From the NCBI RefSeq assembly GCF_020745735.1, contig NC_083409.1, forward strand, positions 11,525,052 through 11,589,051: a DNA stretch of 64,000 bases, written 5' to 3'. How positions within the stretch are numbered: the stretch's first letter is position 1; each line of letters begins with the position of its first letter. The stretch comes from Hemiscyllium ocellatum. Lineage: Eukaryota. The notes beneath the pieces are model-generated. The model saw only the letters and a program-made list of their open reading frames with translations, was not told the origin of the DNA and ran no database searches. Position numbers and translations under genes: made by a program. Shown piece after piece: positions 24,887-36,315 of the stretch.

Positions 24887-25530
24887 ATTAGATTAGATTC
24901 TCCACAGTGTGGAAACAGGCCCTTCGGCCCAACAAGTCCACACCGATCCTCCGAAGAGTAACCCACCCAGACCCATTTCCCTCTCAGTAATGCATCAAAC
25001 ACTATGTTTGATGCATTACTGAGAGGGAAATCTCAGTCGATTCCCTTGAACTCAGCATTGCCCTCCTAACCTGCAATCTTCTTCCTGACCTCTCTGTCCC
25101 CACCCCACTCCGGCCTATCACCCTCACCTTGACCTCCTTCCACCTATCACATCTCCATCGCCCCTCCCCCAAGTCCCTCCTCCCTACCTTTTATCTTAGC
25201 CTGCCTGGCACCCTCTCCTCATTCCTGATGAAGGGCTCTGGCCCGAAACATCGAATTTCCTGTTCCTTGGATGCTGCCTGACCTGCTGTGCTTTAACCAG
25301 CAACACATTTTCAGCATCAAACATTATGGACAATTTAGCATGGCCAATTCACCTGACCTGCACATCTTTGGACTGTGGAAGGAAACCAGAGCACCCGGAG
25401 GAGAAACACGCAGACACAGGGAGAATGCGCAAACTCCACACAGACAGTCACCCAAGGCTGGAATCGAACCTGGGGCCCTGGTACTATAAGGCTGCAGTGC
25501 TAACCACTGAGCCACCGTGCTGACCCCCAC
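24887..25530 (-). mobile_element. HE1/V-SINE interrupted by a Penelope terminal fragment
   Basis: SINE tail at 24887 and head at about 25520; nested insert at 25007-25313 flanked by gcatcaaaca(c/t)tatg. Confidence 0.85.
25221..25256 (+). ncRNA. Minimal type I hammerhead motif (Penelope terminal repeat), one core change
   Basis: ATTC-CTGATGA-A-GGGC tctg GCCC-GAAA-C-ATC-GAAT; G-to-A change in helix III. Confidence 0.75.
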
Positions 25531-25559
25531 CCCTGAGCCACCACGAATCCACCAATGCC

Positions 25560-28500
25560 ACCTGAAAATTCACCAAAACACACTCTTGCCACTCTGGTCA
25601 CTATATTCAGAAATTAAAGACCCCCCTCTCCCCCATTTATAACGGCTCTATCATATTTGCAGGTCTCTGTAAATTCCTGCATTTGTATTCCTCCACATCC
25701 TTCCCACTGTGTGGTGACTTATTGACTACTCTGAGGATTCTGTGGTCCTTGTTATTCCTCTCTGATATTCGCCCCTGGCTCCCACAGCCCTGCCAAGTTA
25801 GTTTAAACTCTCTCTAACAGTAGTAAACCACCTCACAAAAATCTAAAGCCCTCCCTCATGGATCCTCTTTCCAGCCCAGCAATCACCTGTGTTCACCTCC
25901 TGATTCTATTCTCACTTGTGTGGGGTGCTGCAAATGTGTTGCTGGAAAAGCGCAGCAGGTCAGATAGCATCCAAGGAGCAGGAGAGTCGATGTTTCGGGC
26001 CTGAGCCCTTCTTCACTTGCGTGGGGCACTGGAGTAATCTGGAGATTCCTACTTTTGAGTTCCTGCTACTAATTAGCAGGAGGAACTCAAAAGTAGGAAG
26101 CTCCAGATTACTTAAAAGTAGGAAACTCCAAAACCTCTGACTGCAGGACCACATCCCTTTCCTCCCTCTGTCACTGGGACTGATGTGGACCACGACTGCT
26201 GCCTGTTCCCCCTCTCCCCTCAGGGTGCTCTGCAGTCGCTCAGTGATATCCTTGACGCTGGCACCAGGGAGACAACACACCATCCTGGATTCCCATCTGC
26301 AGCTGCAGAAACATCTATCGACTGCCCTCACTCTCCAATCTCCTCTCACTATCGCTCTTCCAGTCTTCTTGTGCCCCCCTGTACAGCTGCCCCCCCCCCA
26401 CCGTGGTGCCAGGGACTTCGCCCTGGCTACACTCCCCAGATGAACCATCATTCTCATCAGGATTCTGAACTGAATCCTGGTTGGAGAGTGGGATGTCTGG
26501 GGATTCCTGTACTAGCTGCCTGATCCTTTTGGACTGTCTGCTGCTCCCCCATTCCCTCTCTCCCTGCATACTCTGAAGCTGCAGAGTGACCACATCTAGA
26601 AACGTTTCTCCATGGAGCTCTCAGCCTCACGGACGCTCCACACTGACACCAGCTGCTGGTCCACCTCCGAAACCCGGAGCTCCAACTGCTGTCACTGACC
26701 ACACTTCCTGTACTCATGGTATTCCAGGAGCTGGGAAACATTCTGAAGTTCTCACATGGATGCACACTCTCTCCACTCTTGGATTATCTCTTTGCAAAGT
26801 TGTGATGACAAACAGCTAAATCAGGGCTCACAGTCCAGTGTTCAGTCGGTTCAGTGTTCCAGGGTTTTGGAGAAACTCTCCAGAAAACATTTGATCTTGG
26901 CAGATATGCTTCTCACCCCCATTCTCCTGCCTACTCCACAGGAACTTTCCATCCCCTTAACAACCATGAACCTATCTATCTCTGTCTTAAATACACTCAG
27001 TGACTTGGCCTCCCTGTCCTCTGTAACAATGAGTTCCACAGATTCACCACCCTCTGGCTGAAGAAATTCCTCCTCATCTCATCTCGAAAGGGTCGGCCCT
27101 TCATTCTGAGGCTGTGCTTTGGTTACCTCGTCTCTCCTGTTTTCAGAAACATCTTCTCCCCATCCACCCTATCCAGGTCTATCAGTATTCTGCAAATTTC
27201 AATAAGATCCCTCCTCATCCTTCTAAACTCCATTGAGTACAGACACAGAGTCCTTAACCGTGCCTCATATGACAAGCCCTCCATCCCCAGGATCATTCTT
27301 GTAAACCCCTCCAATGCCAGCACATCGTTTCAAAGAATATGGATCCTAAATCTGCTCACAATATTCCAAATTCAGACTGACCAGAGCCTTACACAGCCTC
27401 AGCAGTACATCTCTGCTCTTCTATTCTGGCCCTATTGAAATGAATGCGAACATTTCATTTGCCTTCCCAAGCACAAACTGGACCTGCCTGTTAACCTTAA
27501 GAAAATCCTGAATGAAGTTTGTGCTTTAGATTTCCAAAGGCTTTCCTCATTTAGAAAATACCTCCACTCCCTGACTCCATTGATTCCTGAAAGATCATCA
27601 AAAATGTCTCCACAATCTCCTCGGTGATCTCCTTCAGAACACACTGGTGTAATTCATCTAGTCTGGGTGAGTTATCCACACTCAGACATTTCAGCTTCCC
27701 CAGTACCTCCTCCTGAGTAATGGCCACTGCACTCACCTCTGCCCCCCTGACAGTCTTGAAGTACTGGGACACTGCTGGTGTTTTCCATTGTGCAGACTGA
27801 TGTAATGTATGTATTCAATTCCTCTGCTTTTTCTTCATTTCCTATTATTCCTTTTCCAATGTCTATTTCTGCCTCCCTCTTCCTTTTTATATATCTGATG
27901 AAATTCTTGCAATATTCTTTTATATTACTGGCTCGCTTTCCCCCACATTTCACCTTCTGTACCCTGAATGTTTTTTTTTGTTATCCTCTACAGGTTTTTA
28001 AAGACTTCCTAATCCTCTGGCCTCCCACTATTTTCCACCACATTGTGTGCTTTTTCTTTTGCTTTTATGCTGTCCTTGACCTCCCCCATCAGCCATGATT
28101 ACATTGTCCTTCCCTTAGTGTGTTTCTTCTTTTTAGGGATAAATTCCTACTCTGCTTCTTGAATTACCCCCAGAAACCCTGCTGTTTGCTGCCACACCAT
28201 CTTACCTGCTCAGCTCCCCTTCCAATCAACTCTGGCCAGCTCCTTCCTCACGTCTTTGTCGTTCCCTTTACTCAACTGAAATACTGTTCCATCTGATTGC
28301 AGCTTCTCCCTCTCAAACTGCAGGGGGAATTCTATCGTATTATGGTCATTTATCCAGAGGGACACTTTCATCTTCAGCTCACTGACCAAGTTTGCCTCAT
28401 TACACATCACTGAATCCAGAACTGCCTGTTCCAAACCGCAAGCTGCTTCAAAAACCATCTCATAGACATTCCATGAAATCTTTTTGTTGAGACGTGCTAC

Positions 28501-29060
28501 CCAATCCACCTCTCCATTGAAGTCTGCCCTGACATTTTTTTTATGACTTTTCTGTCTCCTGATTGATTTCCTTCCCCACACCCTGTTTACTGCTTGGAGA
28601 CCTGAACTTGCATCAGATTCTTTATTTCTTGGGTTCCTCAACACTCCCCACACAGATTCTACACCTTCTGACTGTACTACAAGCTTATTGTGTATATCTT
28701 GTGCATTTAAGTACAACACCCTCAGTCCTACATTGACTGCCCTCCTTCTCATCATTGTCCTCTTATCTGCTGTGCTTGGCATTTGATTCCTGATCCCTTC
28801 CATGTTCTCAGTTCTATTACATCTTCTAGAAGCTTTGCTAACCTCTCCTGAGCCCTCCTCCACTTTAAATAGTTTAAATTATTTGGAAATTCAATTTACC
28901 TCGATTTGGGGCATCACTTTGTCTCCCTGACTCGGAATGCTTCGTGCACTTTAGACACAAAATCTTTAAGTTTGATCTATTATTGATTTTCCCTGCATTT
29001 TTATGGTTCCTTTGATGTTCAAAAATTCCATCTCCTCCTTTAATTTACTTGTAACAATAA
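25560..29060 (-). mobile_element. CR1 ORF1/ORF2 relics orthologous to those in cluster 1
   Basis: ORF 25960-26457 (VCCLPGASVKDITERLQ); ORF 28210-28863 (LRVLYLNA endonuclease start). Confidence 0.8.
25926..26012 (-). mobile_element. 87-bp Penelope terminal fragment with 14-bp TSD
   Basis: Flanked by tcacttgtgtgggg (25912-25925) and tcacttgcgtgggg (26013-26026); absent from the cluster 1 copy near 2700. Confidence 0.88.
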
Positions 29061-30679
29061 TCCCATCACTAACTAGCAATCCTACCTTCTCCTTTATCTT
29101 CTATTTTCTCAGTTTCCATTCAACTGAACCAAATTACTTTCTCTTTGGGTTGAGTTCAGGCCAATATTATTCATTGAGCCAACATCATTATTGCTCTTTG
29201 ATGTCATTGCTTCCAGTGGGATCTTGCTGTGCAGAAATTGGCTGCCCCTTTCCTGAAATTGCAACAGTGACTGGTTTTCAAGCAAAGTGTAACTGTCTTT
29301 GGGAGAGCCTGAGGTGCCGAGGGCTTGATTGAAACACAATTAGAGTCAGGGAGATGTACAGCATGGAAACAGACTCTTCGATCTGACTCATCCATGTCAA
29401 CCACAGAGACATAGAGTCATAGTGTCAGAGAGATGTACAGCACAGAAATAGATCCTTCTGTGTAACTCGGCAATGCCGACCAGATAACCTAAATTAATCT
29501 AGTCCCATTTGTCAGTATTTGGCCCATATCCTTCCAAACCCTTCCTATTCATATACTCACCCAAATGCCTTTTAAATGTTATCATACCAGCCTCCACCAC
29601 TTCCTCTGGCAGCTCATTCCAAAAATGTACCACTCTCTGCAGTAAAACATTATGCCTTAGTTCCCGTTTAAATCATTCTCCTGATACTTTCCACCTATGC
29701 CCCCTAGTTCTGGACTCCTTCACTCTGACCAAAATATCTTCTCTATTCACTTGATCAATGTCCCTCATTATGTTAGAAACCTCGATATGGTCACCTCCTC
29801 AGCCTCCAGCCATCCAGGGAAAATAGCCTCAGCCTATTCAGCCTCTCCCGATCGCTCCAACCCTCCAACTTGGCACATCCTTGGAAATATTTTCTGAATC
29901 ATTTCAAGGTTCCCAACATTTTTCCTACAGCAGGGAGGCCAGAATTCCACACAGTATTCCAAAAGGGGCCAAACTAATGTTCTATACAGGTGCATCAGCT
30001 CCCAACTCCAATACTCAATGCATTGCCCAATAAAGGAAAGCATGCCAAATGACTTCGTCACCCCCCTACCTACCTGCAACTCCACTTTCAAGGAACTAAT
30101 CTTTTTTGGGTTGAACTGGGAGTCTTTCAGTTGTTCTATTTCTAATCACCCTGCTCAGAAACAAACTTCTTGCTTTCACTTGCAACGAAAAATCAGATAA
30201 AGGAGGTGATGATTTAATGGTACTATTGCTGAGCTGTTCATCCAGAGATCCAGATTAATGTTCTGGGGGCCAGAGTTAGAATCCTGCTGCAGCAGATGGT
30301 GGAATGTGAATTCAATAAAATAATCTACAATTAAGTGTCGAATGATGATAGTGAAACAATTGTTGATTGTCAGGAAAAAGCCATCTGATTCCCTGATGTC
30401 CTTTAGGGAAGGAACCTGCCATCCTTACCATGTGACTCCAGACCCACAGCAATGTGGTTGACTCTAAACTGCCCTCTGGGTGATTAGGGATGGGCAATGA
30501 ATGCTGATCCTAGCAGTGACACTCACATCCAAGAAGCAATTTGAACAATACCTGTTTATTTCTGGGCTTTGTTAGGTATTGGCGACAAATGTTCAAATGG
30601 ATTGTTTTGCCAGTGAATGTTCAGAGAGTTAAAATCCCTTCAAATAACAGGGATTAAAATTGTTTCTCTTGTCTTTCAG

Positions 30680-30982
30680 GCTGCGAAAGCTCTCAGCCCA
30701 AGCTGACCCTGCTGCCTCCCTCCCCGGAGCAGGTCAATGCCAAGGGCACTGCCACCCTGGAGTGCCTTGCCAATCACTTCTATCCCGATGAACTGGAGGT
30801 GCAGTGGAAGAAGGACGGTGCAGTCATTTTGGACGGGGTTCAGACCAGCAACTACCTGCGAGCTTCAGACAGCACCTACAGTGTCAGCAGCCTGCTGACC
30901 CTCTCTGGGTCTGACTGGCCTCACACACGTGACCCTCCCCTCTCCCCTCAGCAAGAGCATCAGGAGATCAGAATGCATGTAG
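30680..30982 (+). pseudogene. IGKC: Ig kappa constant exon C2 with a 26-nt deletion
   Basis: Open from the acceptor to SGSDW. The segment ESNARFSC, including the second Ig-domain Cys, is deleted, and the shifted frame runs on to a stop at 31020. Confidence 0.95.
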
Positions 30983-31508
30983 AGTGTTCAAGACAGTCCA
31001 TAGAGGAGACACAACTTTAAATAGAACAGGGCTGAGCTGGCAGGACAAAGGTCATTGTCAGAACTGAATTTCAACTCTCTTCCTTCTCAGGACCGAATCA
31101 GAGACATTTCTGAGGTTCAGGGGTTATGGCAGGTCATTGGGACACTGTAGATAGAACTTTACACTGTGTCAAACCCCATGCTGTCCCTGTTCTGGGAATG
31201 TTTGATTGGGACAGAGTTGAGTTGTGATGCCAAGTAAAATCTCTTGAAGTTGCTAAAGACTGTCAGCTGTACAAAACAATGTGAACCTCAGAAGTCTCTG
31301 TTTCAGTAAACCAGATCTCCTTCCTGCTCAGCCGCCAGTTCCAATTTAAGGTTTTGTCACTGTTTGAAGGGACAGGATTCTCGTGCTATTGAGAAAACCT
31401 CCACAAGTGTTTTCCTCAAGCTCCATTGTGGCTGTGAATTTGTGCAGCTTCCTCTGTCTGGGCTGTTAATTGCAGTCTGTTTTCTGTCAATGTCAATCTG
31501 GAAAGGGG

Positions 31509-31514
31509 AATAAA
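31509..31514 (+). terminator. Poly(A) signal of C2 (AATAAA)
   Basis: About 530 nt after the C stop position, followed by a GT-rich tract. Confidence 0.7.
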
Positions 31515-31574
31515 GATGAAGAAGATTCAGTCTCTGTCTCTGTGTGCGCTTTGGAGATTGACCACTCCATTCAG

Positions 31575-31680
31575 CTGATTGGCTACATTTCAGCATGGCA
31601 TTGTCACAATTGGCTCATTGGCCTGTCAATCAATGACACATCCATTGTAGAGGATACTGACAGCCAATCATCAATCACTT
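31575..31680. promoter_or_regulatory. CCAAT plus PBX/MEIS-PREP motif cluster 3' of C2
   Basis: ATTGG at 31578, 31609 and 31617; CTGTCAATCA at 31623-31632; TGACAGCCAATCA at 31658-31670. Confidence 0.55.
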
Positions 31681-31729
31681 TCAAATGATCCCTTTGATCT
31701 GGAATCATTTGAGGTTACAAGATTCCAAA

Positions 31730-33055
31730 CAGATTTCCATTAATGACCACCTGGACCATCTCTGACACCTCCCTCACCTTCCTGGACCACTCCATCTCCA
31801 TTAATGATGACCGACTTGACACTGACATTTTATACAAATCTACTGACCCTGAGGATTACACCTCATCCCAACCTACCTCTTGCAAAAATGCCATCCCATA
31901 TTCCCAATTTCTCCGCCTCCGCCATATCTGCTCCCAGGAGGACCAGTTCCACCAAAAAACACACCAGATGGCCTCCTTATTTAGAGATTGCAATTTCTCT
32001 TCCCACGTGGTCAAAGATGCGCTCCAACGCAGCTCGTCCACATCCCACCCCTCCGCTCTCAAACCCCACCCCTCCAACCATAACAAGGACAGAATCCCCC
32101 TGGTACTCACCTTCCACCCTACCAACCTTCGCATAAACCACATCATCCGACGACATTTCCGCCACGTCCAAACGGACTCCACCACCAGGGATATATTTCC
32201 TCCCCACCCATTCCTGCTTTCCGCAAAGACCATTCCATCCGTGACTACCTGGTCAGGTCCACGTCCCCCAACAACCCACCCTCCCTTCCTGACACCCTCC
32301 CCTGCCACCGCAGGAATTGCAAAACCTGCGCCCCCCACCTCCTCCCTCACCTCCATCTAAGGCCCCAAAAGAGCCTTCCACATCCATCAAATTTTTATCT
32401 GCACATCCACCAATATCATTTATTGTATCCGTTGCACCCGATGCAGTCTCCTCTATATTGGGGAGACTGGACGCCTCCTTGAAGTGTACTTTAGGGAACA
32501 TCTCAGGGACAAGCACACCAATCAACCCCACTGCCCTGTGGCCCAACATTTCAACTCCCCCTCCCACCTTGTCGAGGACATGCAAGTCCTAGGCCTCCTC
32601 CACCGCCGCTCCCTCACCACCCGACGCCTGGAGGAAGAACGCCTCATCTTCCGCCTCCGAACACTTCAATCCCATGGCATCAATGTGGATTTCACCAGCT
32701 TCCTCATTTCACCTTCCCACACCTCACCCCAACTTCAACGTTCCAGCCTCAGCACCATCCTCATGACCTGTCCTACCTGCTTATCTACCTTTCCACCTAT
32801 CCACTCCACCCTCCTCTCTGACCTATCACCTCCGTCCCCACCCCATTCACCTATTATACTCTATGCTACTTTGTCCCCAACCCCCTCATATTTATCTCTC
32901 CACTCTGCACCACCCTACTTCTATTCCTGATGAAGGGATTTTGCCCGAAACATTGATTTTCCTTCTCCATGGATGCTGCCTGACCTGCTGTGCTTTTCCA
33001 GCACCACTCTGATCTACCCTCTGGTTTCCAGCATCTGCAGTCCTTGTTTTTACCG
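31730..33055 (+). mobile_element. 5'-truncated Penelope-like element (RT C-terminus, GIY-YIG, terminal repeat)
   Basis: LTFLD.SISI..DRLDTDI.YK.TD...SIPYSQFLRLR.ICS; IIYCIRCTRCSLLYIGETGR; absent from cluster 1. Confidence 0.9.
32923..32958 (+). ncRNA. Degenerate hammerhead motif
   Basis: ATTC-CTGATGA-A-GGGA tttt GCCC-GAAA-CATT-GATT. Confidence 0.55.
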
Positions 33056-34689
33056 AGAAACAGAAAGCTGTTAGGACTCAATAATTACAATCTTCGACAT
33101 TCCCTCTTCACTCTGTCGTCCAGTCTCAGATGCTGGGATTGCACTCTGCACTCTTTGCTGCATGCTGTGTTGTACCTGAAGTGATCTTAGGCCAATCACT
33201 AACACTGCAGGCTGTGTGTTCCTCTGAGTGCGAGTATACTACATAATGATGCCTGTAGGTGCCACTCTGAGTGTGTGTGTGATATTCAACCGAGTCAACC
33301 GAGAAGGAAATGAACAGCAGAGTTTGTTTTCTCTGTTGAATAAATTCACCTTGTTTGCTCCTTGAGCACCTGAATAAGGGGCGAGGCTTGTGTCTTATAA
33401 TAAACCTATTGGATTATAACCTGGTGTCGTATGATTTTTGACCTTGTCCTCTGATCACTTTCAGGTTATTCCAACGAGCACTGCATGTTCTTGCTTCTCC
33501 AGGCCAAGAGGTGGCGATCTTGACAATGGATTTGTCAATGGTCTCCATCAGAGAGGACCCACAAATCAGGGACAGCGATCAGAGACTACAGACCCCGCTC
33601 TTGCTCCTCAGTCCCAGACCCGAGCACAACTGGCCCCCTGGGGTCCCGTTGTTGTGTCCCGGGTCCTGTACATAATACAAAAGGGGCAACTGATCCTTCT
33701 GATTTTTTCCAACCTCACCAGGTCTCCACAGTCACTGAGATTATTTAAAGTCAGCCTTTGCCAATGAAGGACCCTGACTGATGGGAAACAGACTGAAATG
33801 GGTCAATAATAGTGTTGGGGAGTTACAGATGCAGATTGCCAAGTAGAAATCTGATGCTGTGGCTCTAACAGAGATCGGGCGGGACTGGGAATTCCTGGAT
33901 CCAAAGTATTCAGTAAAGATAGGAAAGAAGGAAAACTATGGGAAGTGGTGGGATTGTTCTGGAGCCAGACAGTACTGACCAACCTTAGGCTCTGAGATAT
34001 GATGGAGATGAAGGTGAACTCTACTGGGTTTTAACTCACTGTTACCAGAGTAAAACAGGGATTACCCATTTCACAAGACAGTAAATGGAACTAACAAACC
34101 AGGTGCATGTGAAACACCCACCCCATCCCTGAGAGAGGGGAACAGGAACAGGGACATTCTCAGACAGAAAGGTTGCTAAAAATGGTATCACCTCGAGAGT
34201 GAAGGGTGGGGTGGAGACAGTTACAGCGATTCCCCCCAGAGAGTGGGGAAAGCAACACTGACACATTTAAAACTGTATTATCATAAGTGAGAATTCAAAC
34301 AGCCGCCCACTCCGTCACACGGTGTTGAACATGCACTGTCCTCATCATAACACGTTTGAAAACTTCTTCATAACACGTAAGGGGAGAGAAACATTGAAAA
34401 CTGTATTGTCACGAGTGAGGATCCATTGAATTCTCAGACCATGATATTAAATGTTCCCAGCCGTAAACAACACTGGTGTATTGATGTCATTCCCTTATTA
34501 AACAATATTAAAACCTCGGTCAAACATTTTCCTGCAGACAGTGTATTTAAAATATCAAGAGGCTTCCCAATTTGTTGGTTTGATCAGTGACGTAGCAAGG
34601 AAGCAGCAGCTGCACCATGAACTCCAACAAAAGAATGAGAACAGGCTCTTCATACGGAGCTGGCTCCCGAGAATCCAATTCAACAGCAG

Positions 34690-35800
34690 GGACCAAAGAA
34701 CAAGGAACAATACAGCACAGGAACAGGCCCTTCGGCCCTCCCAGCCTGTGCTGATACATTTTGCCCTTCCTCACTGAAACTATCTTCACCTACAGGATTC
34801 ATGTCCCCCTATTCCCTTCCTAATCATGCATTAGTGCAGGTATTTCTTGAATATTTCTATTGTGTCTGCTTCCACCCCCTCCTCTGGCAGTGTGTTCCAG
34901 GTACTCAACTCCCTCTGTGTGAAATACATGCCTCCCACATCTCTTTTAAATTCCCCCACCTCTGCACCTTGAACCTCTCTTCTCTGATAATTGATCCCTC
35001 CAAACTGGAAAATAAACGCCTCATATTTTACACTCTACCTATGCCGTTCACAACTTTACAAACTTCTATCGGGTCATGCCTCATTTTCCCCCATTCCAGT
35101 GAAAACAAACGCAGTCTATCCAACATTTCTTCAGAACTAAAATCTTTCATACCAGACAATATCCTGATAAACGTTTTCTGCACCATCTTCAAAGCATCCA
35201 CATCCTTCTGGTAGTGTGGTGACCAGAACTGTATGCCATATTCCAAGTGTGGCCGTACTAAAGTTCGATAAAGCTGCACGTAACTTGTTTGTCCTTACAC
35301 TCAATGCCCCTTCCAATGAAGGCAAGCAGGCCATAAGCCTTTTTTACTGCCTTACCTCCCTGTGCTGCCACCTTCAGTGATCTGTGAACATACACACCCA
35401 GATCCCGCTGCATATCAATACTCCAAAGGATTCTGCCATTCACTGTATAATTCCCACCTGTACATCATCTTTCAAAATGCATCACCTCACATTTGCCTGG
35501 ATTAAACTACATCTTCCATTTTTCTGTCCATGCAACCAACTGATCTACATCCTGCTGTATCCTCTGACATACTTTCTCATTATCTGTAACTCTACCAATC
35601 TTTGTATTAACCGTAAACTTATTAATTAGACCAGATACGCTTTCCTCCATATCATTAATGCAGACCATATACAGCAGAGTTCCCACCACCGATCCCTGTG
35701 GAACACCAGGAATCACAGCCCTCCATTCTGAAAACCACCCTTCCAACACTGCCCTCTATCTCCTCTGACTCAGCCAGTTCTGTATCCAATGTTGGGAGCA
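34690..35800 (-). mobile_element. CR1 LINE 3' portion
   Basis: ORFs GVPQGSV.G.LL....INDM; LYRTLVRPHLEY..QFWSP. Confidence 0.85.
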
Positions 35801-36315
35801 TTTTAGACAAGGCACCTTGTTGCCAGCTCATTACTGCAACTTGATCCAGTACATTCAGAAAGAGGAAAAGGACAATGTGCAGATTGTTGAACAGGTCCCT
35901 ACACCTGGGCCTGAGGCAGGGGCCCAAGCTCCAACACACTGGCCTCACTTCACACCAACCTCCACACAGTGCGGGTTCATGAACTCCGGACATCAATCCC
36001 TCTGGGTCTGGGACGGAGTGAGGGAAGAGTCAACAGGGAGTAAAACAATACGGAGACACTGTGTTGGAAAGTGTTTTATGGAGGAAACATACTTTGTGAT
36101 ACTCAATACTGACATTATCTCCGTGTATCACAGAATGAAAAAGACATAATCTGGAGACAATCAAAAGTCACACCAAAGTACTTCGTTTTGATATATCATA
36201 GCATGCAGGGCATTTTCATTGCGGTGAGATAAGTATCCTGGTCCGAAAGCTGTTCTCTCTCTCTCTCTCTGTTTCTCCTCGTTTCTACAGATGGAGCCGG
36301 TTAGATCCTCATGAG

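Larger units (their letters stand above)
21641..33290 (+). repeat. Cluster 2 copy of the duplicated unit
   Basis: Colinear with 1-11585 apart from copy-specific insertions and deletions. Confidence 0.9.
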
